Positions 43,161-51,894 of a DNA stretch of 57,054 nt are shown here, in pieces; the stretch's first letter is position 1, and each line of letters begins with the position of its first letter. The DNA is from a virus (lineage: Duplodnaviria > Caudoviricetes), in the IMG/VR virus record IMGVR_UViG_3300046787_000098, positions 1 to 57,054 of that record. One strand, written 5' to 3'. A program made the position numbers and the translations under genes. The notes below the pieces were generated by a model. That model made no database searches and was not told the origin of the DNA. It saw only the letters and a list, made by a program, of their open reading frames with translations.

Positions 43161-45713
43161 TCAGCCTCCTAAGTAGGTTTGTGCTTCGTTTTGAAGCTGG
43201 GTTGCAGTTTTCACCTGCTCTTGTTGCAGTTTTGCCGCATCTCGCGTCAACCTTGCAGACTCTATGCGCTCTTGTGTGAGATTTTTCTCTGTTTGCATCG
43301 CCACTTCGAGCTGTTGTTCGGCGCTGAACTGTTGCTGGCTCTGTTGGAGCTTGGCAACGTCCAGTTGTTGCTGGTTCTGAAGCTTCTGGACAGCCAATTG
43401 GTTGTCCGCTTGGTCTTTTGCTGACAAGCGTTGGGTCTCTGCCATGCTTGTCTGGAGCAAAACCTGTGCTTCTGGTGTCATTGGAGGGGTTTGACCCTGC
43501 TTGACCTGCTGGATTGTCTGCATCATCTTCTGCAACTCAGGCACAACCTGCGCAAACACCTTCTGTGTGTCCAGCGATACGTGCTGAGAAGCGATAGCCA
43601 TGAGCTTGTCTGCCTCTGGCGTGACCTTTGGATCGTCGTAGTCGGTTGCTTGGCGTCCCAAAGTCTTGACAACGTAGCCGTTCATGCGGTTCAGGTACCA
43701 CATAGACAAGTGTTGCTTGATGTGCTCCACCATTTGCGGGAGGATGACAGGCTGAACCATGGGGTTTGAGCCGAACACTGGATCTTTGTAGAAGTCCAAG
43801 TGGCTCTGGATGTGAGCCAAGTGGTCTTGCTCCATGTAGGCGAAGGCCGCTTGACCGAGCATCATGGCGACGTTCTCGTTGGCGGAGTCGCGCTTCTCGG
43901 GAGAAGGGACGTCTTTCATGATCTCGTTGATCCCGGGCACCTTGATCTGTTTTAAGAACCGCTCCACCACCGTCTTACGGTTGAACAGGTCTGGGTTCTC
44001 CTTCATGATCTGCATCACAGCCTGCGTCTGAGCCATACGCTGGGTCTCAGAGAAGATGTGTGGATCAGAAACAGGGATCACGTCCGTGTTCGATGCGAAG
44101 TCTTCCTTGCGGATGTCGAGGTCTGCAACAACTTCACCCTTGCGTTGCTCGTCCAAGTACCAGCGGTTCAGGCGACCGAGGATCTTCAGGACGCGACCTT
44201 GGCTGTCGTGCAGGCGTGAGTGGATGGCTGAGAACACCACAGCGCCTTGCTCGATCAGAGCTTGGGTTGTGCCAACAGGCATGTTGGCGTTCACGTCAGC
44301 GATCTTTTCCTCGGCGGTGGTCACTACCCCCTTAGCCGCACCGTCTAACCAGCCCAGAAGCTTAAATAAGACCTCTGAGGGTGGGTTGAAGGGCATGGGC
44401 ATGGCGATCTTGCGGATGTCGTCGACACCGGGGGCGCCTTCGATCTCGCAAACTTGGGTGACGTCAACCTGCTGGGACTGACCCGAGATCTTCGCGCCCT
44501 TGAGCTTGAGCATGGTTGCCGCATTGTTGATATGGGCAGAGTCCAGCAAAGCGCGTAGAGAGCCTGTGAGGGCCGCTGAGAGGCCACCAATAAGCTGTGG
44601 CAAGCCGATAGCGTAGGCGCCGCGCCATGGGATGAACTTGAACTCGACAACCCAGTCAAGCTTGGTCATCGTCTCGTCGCCCTCTTCCCAGTTGCGGTAC
44701 AAGCCCACGCACTCATTCTCGTGCTCATCAATCATCATGATGTAAGGGGCTGACTCACCGTTGGTCAGTGGGTCGTCTTCCAGCTCGAGCCAAGTGTAGA
44801 TGTGATAGACCTTACGCAGACCGTCTTCGTTGTCTTCGTACTTGCGGCCTTCGATCTTGTTGTTCGCCTTCTCAGAGTGTGTTTCCTCTGGCTCAGCAGA
44901 TACACGGATCAGGTCGATGTCACGATACAAGCCAGAGCGAATGCGGTTCTTGAACTCCCACTCGGTGATGGTCTGCATCTCAGTGACGCGCTGGGCTGTG
45001 TAGAAGTTCGCGGCGGCAAAGGGCAACAGGATGTTGTCGATTGGCATGAACTCAGCGCAGGGGCGCTTCTTCTTGTCGTCGTACCAGAGCTTGAGGTACT
45101 GTGAGCCACCCAAGGGGAGCTGGGTCAGCATCTGTTCTTGCTCGTCGCGGAACTCTTCGATCTGCTCGGTCAACTGCCAGTTCATGTAGTCGCGCTTACG
45201 CTCGGCTTTCTGAATCTTCAGCTCGTCCACGTCGCCCAAGATCTTGGTGCGGGTGGGGCCGTCAGGTGGGAACATCTCTTTGATGGCACGGGAGGCGAAG
45301 TCAACGCAGGCTTCAGCCATGGCTGGGTGTACCACTTTTGATGCACCCATGAAGGTAGCACCGCCGGGGGCATCATTCCCCATGCCTGTTCGCTTCAATC
45401 CCTCTTCGTACTTCTTGTCACGCTCCTCACGGGACTTCTTGTCGTTCTCGACCAAGTCCATGTAGCGCAGTGCAATCTTGTTCAGGTCATAGGGGTCGAT
45501 CTCTTCTGCCAAGTTGGCGTAGAAGTCTTCGTCCTCCATCGGGCCTTTGTGTGCGTCCATGCGAACAATGGCAGAGCCGTCTGGCAACTCTTCTACCTCA
45601 GAGTCCTCTGGTGGCATCTCGAACTCCATGCCTTCGTCTGCCTCGACCTGTTGATCTCTCAGCCCATCGATAAAACGACCAGCGTTAGGATCTTGCGGGA
45701 ATTGTGTCGCCAT
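43161..45713 (-). CDS. Portal protein (P22/podovirus-like, long C-terminal coiled coil)
   Basis: F.GAS.VVHP.MAEA; YMNWQLT; PVGTT.AL.EQG..V.SAIH.RLH; size and position. Confidence 0.85.
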   Translation of the reverse strand: MATQFPQDPNAGRFIDGLRDQQVEADEGMEFEMPPEDSEVEELPDGSAIVRMDAHKGPMEDEDFYANLAEEIDPYDLNKIALRYMDLVENDKKSREERDKKYEEGLKRTGMGNDAPGGATFMGASKVVHPAMAEACVDFASRAIKEMFPPDGPTRTKILGDVDELKIQKAERKRDYMNWQLTEQIEEFRDEQEQMLTQLPLGGSQYLKLWYDDKKKRPCAEFMPIDNILLPFAAANFYTAQRVTEMQTITEWEFKNRIRSGLYRDIDLIRVSAEPEETHSEKANNKIEGRKYEDNEDGLRKVYHIYTWLELEDDPLTNGESAPYIMMIDEHENECVGLYRNWEEGDETMTKLDWVVEFKFIPWRGAYAIGLPQLIGGLSAALTGSLRALLDSAHINNAATMLKLKGAKISGQSQQVDVTQVCEIEGAPGVDDIRKIAMPMPFNPPSEVLFKLLGWLDGAAKGVVTTAEEKIADVNANMPVGTTQALIEQGAVVFSAIHSRLHDSQGRVLKILGRLNRWYLDEQRKGEVVADLDIRKEDFASNTDVIPVSDPHIFSETQRMAQTQAVMQIMKENPDLFNRKTVVERFLKQIKVPGINEIMKDVPSPEKRDSANENVAMMLGQAAFAYMEQDHLAHIQSHLDFYKDPVFGSNPMVQPVILPQMVEHIKQHLSMWYLNRMNGYVVKTLGRQATDYDDPKVTPEADKLMAIASQHVSLDTQKVFAQVVPELQKMMQTIQQVKQGQTPPMTPEAQVLLQTSMAETQRLSAKDQADNQLAVQKLQNQQQLDVAKLQQSQQQFSAEQQLEVAMQTEKNLTQERIESARLTRDAAKLQQEQVKTATQLQNEAQTYLGG

Positions 45714-45716
45714 AGC

Positions 45717-47561
45717 TTATTTCCTTTTGAGCTTCTTGTTGCTCAGTTCCATGAACATCGCGTCGGGGTTCGTCGTTACTTTGACTTTACCACCACGTTT
45801 AAATGGAGCACCCTGAATGATACGCCCTCCATCAGACATATCAGGTGCTGTGTTGTAATTTATTGCGCCCCCATCAGCCTTTTTAACTTCTGGTTCAAGC
45901 TCTGGCTCTTGCATTGTTTCGGGCATCTGTGAAGCCGCACCAGCGCCAGCAGTTGGAATGCCGATCTGTTGGTACAGGGGCAAGCCCTTCTGCTTGATGG
46001 ACTCGCGCATCTCTTTTGTAATGGGGAAGTTGTGGAGCTTGATCTGGTTGTACGTATCCAGCTTCATAAGCTCGGATGCTATTCTCGCTTCAGAGTCAGC
46101 CCTCAACATTCTGCCAACCAGATCATGTTCACCAGTTTCTGGGTTGCGCCTGAGTAGATCCACCATTCCATCAAATGGCTCACTCAGGTCTTGGCTGGTC
46201 ATGAATGGGTGATCGCCTTGTCCGCCATCCCAGCCTGTGCTTTTAGGGTCTCTAGTGGATACAGGCACACTGCCCATCTGAACCTGAGCACCGTAGGACT
46301 TGCCGTAATTGTTCAGGTAGTCAGGCAGGATCTTGTCGTAAAAGCCCTTCATACCTTCGCCACCGACCTCAAGATCAGCGCCACGTAATGTATGTTGCCC
46401 AACCTCATCAACAGGCGTCTGAAGGATTTTTTGGGCGCCTTCCTTGCCAATGTAGTCTTCAAGGTTTTCAGAGGTCACGCCTTTTTGTGCAACCACAAGC
46501 TTCCCATTGTGATCGCGACCAGCTAAATAGCCAGTGTTTGGATCGAATTGAACTTCGTCTAATTGTTTAGCAAGGCTATAGCGCTTTGCCTGCTCCGCAC
46601 CGGGGGTGATGGCGATGCTGTCGTACCCGTTGTCAGCGGCGTAGTTCAGCAGTCGCTTCATAGCCAGTTCGTGCCAGTTCTTCTTGAACGGGGCGTCAGG
46701 TACGCCACCCATAATTGGCGGCAATGCTTCAATTTGTTGTCTAAGTTCTTGCGGAATCGGTTGGTTGCGCTCCATGTAAGGCCAAGACAGTTCTCGCAAC
46801 TCATTACGCTTTGTTTCTATTTCTGGCGTGTTGTACCCCTTCTTGCGTCCCTCTTGATGCCAGTCGGACTGGATCTCTTCGACGTGCAGGATCTTCTCGC
46901 CGTTGGGGCCAGTGCGGTCTTGGACGCGCATGTGGGCTAAGACGTTGGGGTCTTCCTTCCAGTGTCTGGAATGGTAGTCTTTCTTGCCGCTGGCGTTGTA
47001 TGCCCTCAAGTCTGCGTCGTACTTGGCTGGATCAGAGTAGTTGCTGGCGCTGGGTCTTGAGGATGGCAACTTCAGCAGGATCTCACGGTAGTTCTCGCCG
47101 CCTTGCGTCTTGTAGTCACCATATTGTGGGCCATTCTCTTCGCCCATGATTCTTTGGGTTTCATCAAAGATGGGACGGCGATCTCTATGTGAAAGGTCTT
47201 CGTAAGACCTGCCGTACATCTGTTGGGCAAGCTCTTCCTTGATGTCCTCCTCTTCCCTGACCATCTTCTCGTTGTACTCACGCTCCTGAAGCTTTGGTGG
47301 TGGGTTCTCTTTGAGGATCTGCTGAGCCTCTTCCTTGGTGATCTTGCCCTTGGCTTTGAATGCCTGCTCGAGCTTACGGTCAGCCAGCTCAGCCTTCTTG
47401 ACGCCTGCCTGCTTGGTCAGCTCGGTGTAGAACTCAGCGCCTGTGCCTTTGGGTCTGGCAATGTTAGCCAGCGCCTCATCTACAGAAGAGTAAAAGGGCG
47501 CCGTCTTCTTGGCTGTCTCGCCAGCCTTCAGCGCTTTGGTCAGTGCTCCAACGAGGCTCAT
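45717..47561 (-). CDS. Polyvalent-protein-type domain protein (EEIQSDWHQ family); putative virion cargo
   Basis: FYS.V..A; GGENYRE.LL; LAH.R..DR...L.VEEIQSDWHQ; GM.GFYD.ILP. Confidence 0.65.
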   Translation of the reverse strand: MSLVGALTKALKAGETAKKTAPFYSSVDEALANIARPKGTGAEFYTELTKQAGVKKAELADRKLEQAFKAKGKITKEEAQQILKENPPPKLQEREYNEKMVREEEDIKEELAQQMYGRSYEDLSHRDRRPIFDETQRIMGEENGPQYGDYKTQGGENYREILLKLPSSRPSASNYSDPAKYDADLRAYNASGKKDYHSRHWKEDPNVLAHMRVQDRTGPNGEKILHVEEIQSDWHQEGRKKGYNTPEIETKRNELRELSWPYMERNQPIPQELRQQIEALPPIMGGVPDAPFKKNWHELAMKRLLNYAADNGYDSIAITPGAEQAKRYSLAKQLDEVQFDPNTGYLAGRDHNGKLVVAQKGVTSENLEDYIGKEGAQKILQTPVDEVGQHTLRGADLEVGGEGMKGFYDKILPDYLNNYGKSYGAQVQMGSVPVSTRDPKSTGWDGGQGDHPFMTSQDLSEPFDGMVDLLRRNPETGEHDLVGRMLRADSEARIASELMKLDTYNQIKLHNFPITKEMRESIKQKGLPLYQQIGIPTAGAGAASQMPETMQEPELEPEVKKADGGAINYNTAPDMSDGGRIIQGAPFKRGGKVKVTTNPDAMFMELSNKKLKRK

Positions 47562-50500
47562 AGTGGTCTCTCTTCAATGATCAGGTCGTCACCAGTGATA
47601 GCTCCACCAGCGGCTTTATGCATACCAGTGTCAGCTACTTGGCGTGCCGCATCATCTACTGACAAGCCTTTGTTGACAAGGTCTACGATCTTGTTCAGGT
47701 TGTTCATGCTGTCTTTGATGCCGTACTTCTGTGCGGCTAGGACGAACTCGTTACCATCAATGTAGGCGGCTGGCTTCTTGATAGCTCCGCCTTCCTTCTT
47801 GCCTGTCAGCTCCTTGAGGCGCTTGCGGTAGGCGCCCATCTCGTCAAGGTATTGCTGATCAACTATCTGGTGCGGGAACACCTTCTGAATTGTGCCAGTG
47901 AAGTCCTGTGGACGCTGTGTCGAGATAATGTGCTGAGCGGCATCAGCAAACGAAATAGGGAAAGGCGAGAGAACGTCTTGATGCCCCTTATATATTCCGC
48001 GAATGCCTTTTAAATATGTGTTGTGATCAGCGGTGTCGGTCAACTCTGCGTTGGGCACTAGCTCACCAACACCATGCCCAGTCAGGTTCACTTCCATGTC
48101 GCGCAGATCAGGGCTGGTAATGGCATACCGAACGTCCTGAGCATTAGGTAGACCCAGCGGCTCAGTGATCTTTGGCGTCTGCATGAGTTTGTTAAACCAC
48201 TTGCGCATCTCTGGGTTTTGCTTCATAGCAAAGTAGGCGGCTTGCGGGTCAACGATGCCGGGCCAGTCTGGGAAATCAACAACCTTGTATGTCGTCTGAC
48301 CTGTCTTCTTGTCCTTCTTGGGAAGCACAAAACCTTCTGACAAGATCTTGTCAAACTGGTACATGTCAGCAGGGCGAAGCTTGCTGTAGTCAATCCTGCG
48401 CAAGTTTGCGTCTGCAAAGTGCTGGGCAAAGTTTGTGGCAATTGGCCCCATCGCCATGTGGTGACCCATGATGCGCTCAGGGCCGTACAGATCAGCAAGT
48501 TCGGTCACCTTGTTTTGCACTTGCTGGGCTGGGCCTTCGTTGGAGGCGTAGAACAATGGAAGCTCATCCTCCAAGTGACCTAGCCCGTAGCGTGATCCAC
48601 CCTCTTGGCGAGAACCAATAGGCTCACCCATGAGGCTCTTCAGCTCAACGTCTGACACCGTGAAGTCGCCGGGCAGGGCAACATTGATGTCACCAAGTTT
48701 AGACTCAACCACCTGAGACTCTGGCACATCCTTGGTAGGAACAAACTCATACTCAAGAGCCTTGACGCGCTGGCTCTCTTTCATGGATCTGCCTGCGAGG
48801 TTCTTGGTGTCGCCAGCCTTACCGCTTGTGACGTGCTCACCCATCATCTGGCGTGCAACACGCTCAGCATGGGCGTTGATCTCGCTCAGAGGCTTAGGCA
48901 TGGCACGGGTCAGGCGTAGAGGCAACGCACGCTCAGCTTCTGATGCGGCGCCCTTGAGGATCTTTGTGATGCCACCCTTAGCCATCTTGCGGTCGTTCAG
49001 CTCAAGCATCATGGCGTCTGGGTTCTTGGAGATGGCTACACCGCCACGCTTCATGCCTTCGGCTGGTGGCACGTCCAATTGCTTCAGTAGCCAGTCTGCG
49101 TGCTCAGCAGGCGTCATGATCTGGTCGCCTTCACGCACCAAGCCAGTGTGGTGGAAGTCGCGGACATCAGCCCAGTTGCCACCCTTTACAAAGTCTTGCA
49201 CAAATGGCAGGTAGTCTTCCTTGGGTTTAGCGTTACCTTTTCCTTTGATTTGTGTGATCGTGTAATCGCCTTCAGGCTTCTTTTCGGCCATCAACTGCGC
49301 CTTCAACTCTTGGTATCGCTTATCCGCAAACTTGTCCCTTTCAGCAAAAGTTTGAAAGTTTTGTGCATCAGCTTCTAAATCCGCTTGTCTCTGAAGCGGT
49401 TGCAGTTCATCGTAGTTTGATCGAAGGCTTGGCGCTTTGGTTTCAATGGTCACATGTGGCTCACCTTTGGCGTCCAGCAATGAGTAAACCTTGGCTCTTC
49501 CGCTTTTAATCCCCTCCCATCCACCATGGCCGTAATCAAGATGCCCCTCGTCACCAGAGCCTTCCACCCAATCAGGATGGCCTTTTGGTGGTTCATAGCC
49601 ACGAGATGAGTGTCCCATAGCGTTTGACTCAGCGGCAAAGTCGCCGGGTCGATTGAGCTGAACCCACTTATATCCCTCGGGATATTCTTTGTGAACAGGC
49701 AGTTCTGCTCGTGATGTCAAGCGAGCCTCATTCATCTTCTTGGCCAATTCTTGGTCGTACTCATAGGTGCGGCGCACCGCCTGCTCCATGCTGACCTTGT
49801 TGAGTTGCTCAGGGCGAATGCGGCCAGTGGCTATGTCTTCTTTGAGAACATCAACAATATGGTCGAAGCCCAAGTCGTACGTTGAGCCTGAGTAAAGTTT
49901 GGTTTCTGGGTCAAGCTTGGCAACAAATGGATTGAGTTCACCAGCTCGTTTCTCAAAGCCTGATTCCCTTGCAAGCAACTCATTGATGTTGCCCTGCAAT
50001 TCTTTGTACTTGTCGTCACCCAAAATCTCTGCCTTTTGGAAGAACGGAAACTTATCAAATGTTGCACGGTCTTTGTCACTGAGACCGCCTTTGTCTTTCA
50101 AGAGTTTAATGAAGTCTTCATTGATTTTTTCTTTGTGAGCTTCTAGCTCAGCCCTAGCCTTCTCAAGCTTAGCGCCAGTGTTTTCCTGATCTTGAATAGC
50201 GCCAGCTTTGGTAACTCTGATTGAGTCGTCGGCTGTATCTTCCCATCGACGCGCAAGATTTGATCGGCCCATGCCCTCAGCAGGGAATCCTTCTGCCACA
50301 CGCTGAGCACGGAGGAAGTCACCAGCGGCTTCGGTGTCTCGAAGAGGTGTGTGGATGATTCCCTGTTCAGCCAATCTTCTGATTGGGTCTTCAGGCGTGC
50401 CCATTTCCTTCTTGACGTAGTTCTTCAGGTTGCTGTCAATCCAGTTGTTTATGGCATTCTTTTTGCCTAGAACATCTTCAACTGTATCCCCTTGAGCACC

Positions 50501-51010
50501 CATCATGGTATCTAGCTTCAGCCTGCGCAGGTCGCCTTCGGGAGTTCTAATCTGATCCCTTTCGCCACCGCTCAGCCAGTTGCCGCCCTTGGGCTTGACA
50601 ACGTGAGGGGCGCCAGCCGCTGAGGCCAAGGCAAAGTCTTGAGCGCCACGCTTGATGGCCTTGGGCAGTGCACCGACCACACGCAGGGGAGAGCCGGGGC
50701 CCGTGTAGAAGCCACCACCCAAGATGCCCAAGCCAGTAGCGGCCTTGCTCACGGGTGTATCAGACTTGAAGGGCAAACGCTTCTCGATGTCCTCAGACGT
50801 TGGCAGGATGGTCTTCTCATCGATGTAGGGCAACATGCGCACCAATGACTCGATGTCACCGGGAGCGCCCAGCACGCCGGCCACAGCACCACGGGCCAAG
50901 TCTACGGGGACGTTCTTAGCCGCCTCACGGTCTTGCTTGGAACGATTGCGCTTGAGTTGTGGGAACACGCCAAAGGCGGCTTGGTCGTTGGACGGTGTGC
51001 GTTCAGCCAT
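47558..51010 (-). CDS. 1150-aa multi-module protein with PcfJ-like domain; putative virion cargo
   Basis: ES.AMGH...GY...VYSL.D.KG.PHVTIE...I.QIKGKGN; modules separated by MKRGG, MAKGG, KKEGG, KAAGG. Confidence 0.65.
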   Translation of the reverse strand: MAERTPSNDQAAFGVFPQLKRNRSKQDREAAKNVPVDLARGAVAGVLGAPGDIESLVRMLPYIDEKTILPTSEDIEKRLPFKSDTPVSKAATGLGILGGGFYTGPGSPLRVVGALPKAIKRGAQDFALASAAGAPHVVKPKGGNWLSGGERDQIRTPEGDLRRLKLDTMMGAQGDTVEDVLGKKNAINNWIDSNLKNYVKKEMGTPEDPIRRLAEQGIIHTPLRDTEAAGDFLRAQRVAEGFPAEGMGRSNLARRWEDTADDSIRVTKAGAIQDQENTGAKLEKARAELEAHKEKINEDFIKLLKDKGGLSDKDRATFDKFPFFQKAEILGDDKYKELQGNINELLARESGFEKRAGELNPFVAKLDPETKLYSGSTYDLGFDHIVDVLKEDIATGRIRPEQLNKVSMEQAVRRTYEYDQELAKKMNEARLTSRAELPVHKEYPEGYKWVQLNRPGDFAAESNAMGHSSRGYEPPKGHPDWVEGSGDEGHLDYGHGGWEGIKSGRAKVYSLLDAKGEPHVTIETKAPSLRSNYDELQPLQRQADLEADAQNFQTFAERDKFADKRYQELKAQLMAEKKPEGDYTITQIKGKGNAKPKEDYLPFVQDFVKGGNWADVRDFHHTGLVREGDQIMTPAEHADWLLKQLDVPPAEGMKRGGVAISKNPDAMMLELNDRKMAKGGITKILKGAASEAERALPLRLTRAMPKPLSEINAHAERVARQMMGEHVTSGKAGDTKNLAGRSMKESQRVKALEYEFVPTKDVPESQVVESKLGDINVALPGDFTVSDVELKSLMGEPIGSRQEGGSRYGLGHLEDELPLFYASNEGPAQQVQNKVTELADLYGPERIMGHHMAMGPIATNFAQHFADANLRRIDYSKLRPADMYQFDKILSEGFVLPKKDKKTGQTTYKVVDFPDWPGIVDPQAAYFAMKQNPEMRKWFNKLMQTPKITEPLGLPNAQDVRYAITSPDLRDMEVNLTGHGVGELVPNAELTDTADHNTYLKGIRGIYKGHQDVLSPFPISFADAAQHIISTQRPQDFTGTIQKVFPHQIVDQQYLDEMGAYRKRLKELTGKKEGGAIKKPAAYIDGNEFVLAAQKYGIKDSMNNLNKIVDLVNKGLSVDDAARQVADTGMHKAAGGAITGDDLIIEERPL

Positions 51011-51043
51011 GGCTTATCCCGCTGAGTTGTTGCTGTTGCCCCA

Positions 51044-51072
51044 ATGATACCTTGGGTGTCATGTCAAGTCCA
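51044..51072 (-). promoter_or_regulatory. Possible sigma70 promoter for the cargo/portal operon
   Basis: TGGACT-17 bp-TATCAT upstream of the 51010 start. Confidence 0.35.
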
Positions 51073-51102
51073 CCATGTATACAGTTGACGGCTCATAAGT
51101 AT

Positions 51103-51303
51103 CTAGTCCAGCTTTTTATGTATACAGTCCGCGCACCGCTCATCCACCTTGCCCAGCTCGGTCTTGGTGTACTGGCAGTCAGGCGCCATGCGGAAGGGAG
51201 CCTGCTCTACCTTGGCGGTTCTGGTGATGCCATCGAGCCACCAGCCGTTCTGCACGAAGAGCTTGGGCTTGTACGCCTTGCGGTTGTGACAGCCGTAGGT
51301 CAT
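51103..51303 (-). CDS. Small Cys-rich hypothetical protein
   Basis: YGCHNR...FRM..DCQY.....D.RC.DC. Confidence 0.7.
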   Translation of the reverse strand: MTYGCHNRKAYKPKLFVQNGWWLDGITRTAKVEQAPFRMAPDCQYTKTELGKVDERCADCIHKKLD

Positions 51304-51608
51304 GGCTTTACTAGCGGGATCGAGTTGCTCAGGCGCTTGAAGTCTGACTCGATGGCGTTCAGGTCTTCCAAAACCTCTTGATTAACCATCGTCAAGCCAC
51401 GCACATCCATGTAGTTCTGGATGACATCACTACGCTCAACTGACCACAGAATGTGCGGCTTGATGTGCCAGCGGAACCGAAACCGAGCAGTAAACATCTC
51501 GTGCTTGGCAAAGTCATACCATGCCCACAATAGGCGGAAACCACCCCTTGTGCGGCTAAAATTAAGGCCCAGCTTAATGAATGAACCTTCTGGTGTGTAG
51601 TGGATCAT
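51300..51608 (-). CDS. Hypothetical protein
   Basis: 102-aa coupled ORF. Confidence 0.7.
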   Translation of the reverse strand: MIHYTPEGSFIKLGLNFSRTRGGFRLLWAWYDFAKHEMFTARFRFRWHIKPHILWSVERSDVIQNYMDVRGLTMVNQEVLEDLNAIESDFKRLSNSIPLVKP

Positions 51609-51883
51609 TCTGCCACCTCGTACGTCATCTCAAAGATGTCTGGCTTGCATGGGTAATGCTCACCCTTCACGCCTGTGATGATCCAGTCGCCTGAGCAAAC
51701 AACATGCGCACCTTCAAGCGTTTTCACCCAACCAAGCTTTTTACGTTCCTCAGTGGAAAGGCCGCGCTCTCTTGCATAGTCGTGGCACTCAGCTTTACAC
51801 CAGTAGTCTTCAACGGCTGGATGGTCACCCATCTTGAACCATTGGGTGGCTTCAATCACCACAGGCTTCTTGCGGTATTTCAC
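51605..51883 (-). CDS. PGDYG-like small protein; candidate nucleotide-sponge anti-defence protein
   Basis: KYRKKPVVIEA.QW...TLEG.....GDWII.GV.GE.YPCKPDIF..TYE. Confidence 0.7.
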   Translation of the reverse strand: MKYRKKPVVIEATQWFKMGDHPAVEDYWCKAECHDYARERGLSTEERKKLGWVKTLEGAHVVCSGDWIITGVKGEHYPCKPDIFEMTYEVAE

Positions 51884-51894
51884 TTTTACCTCCT

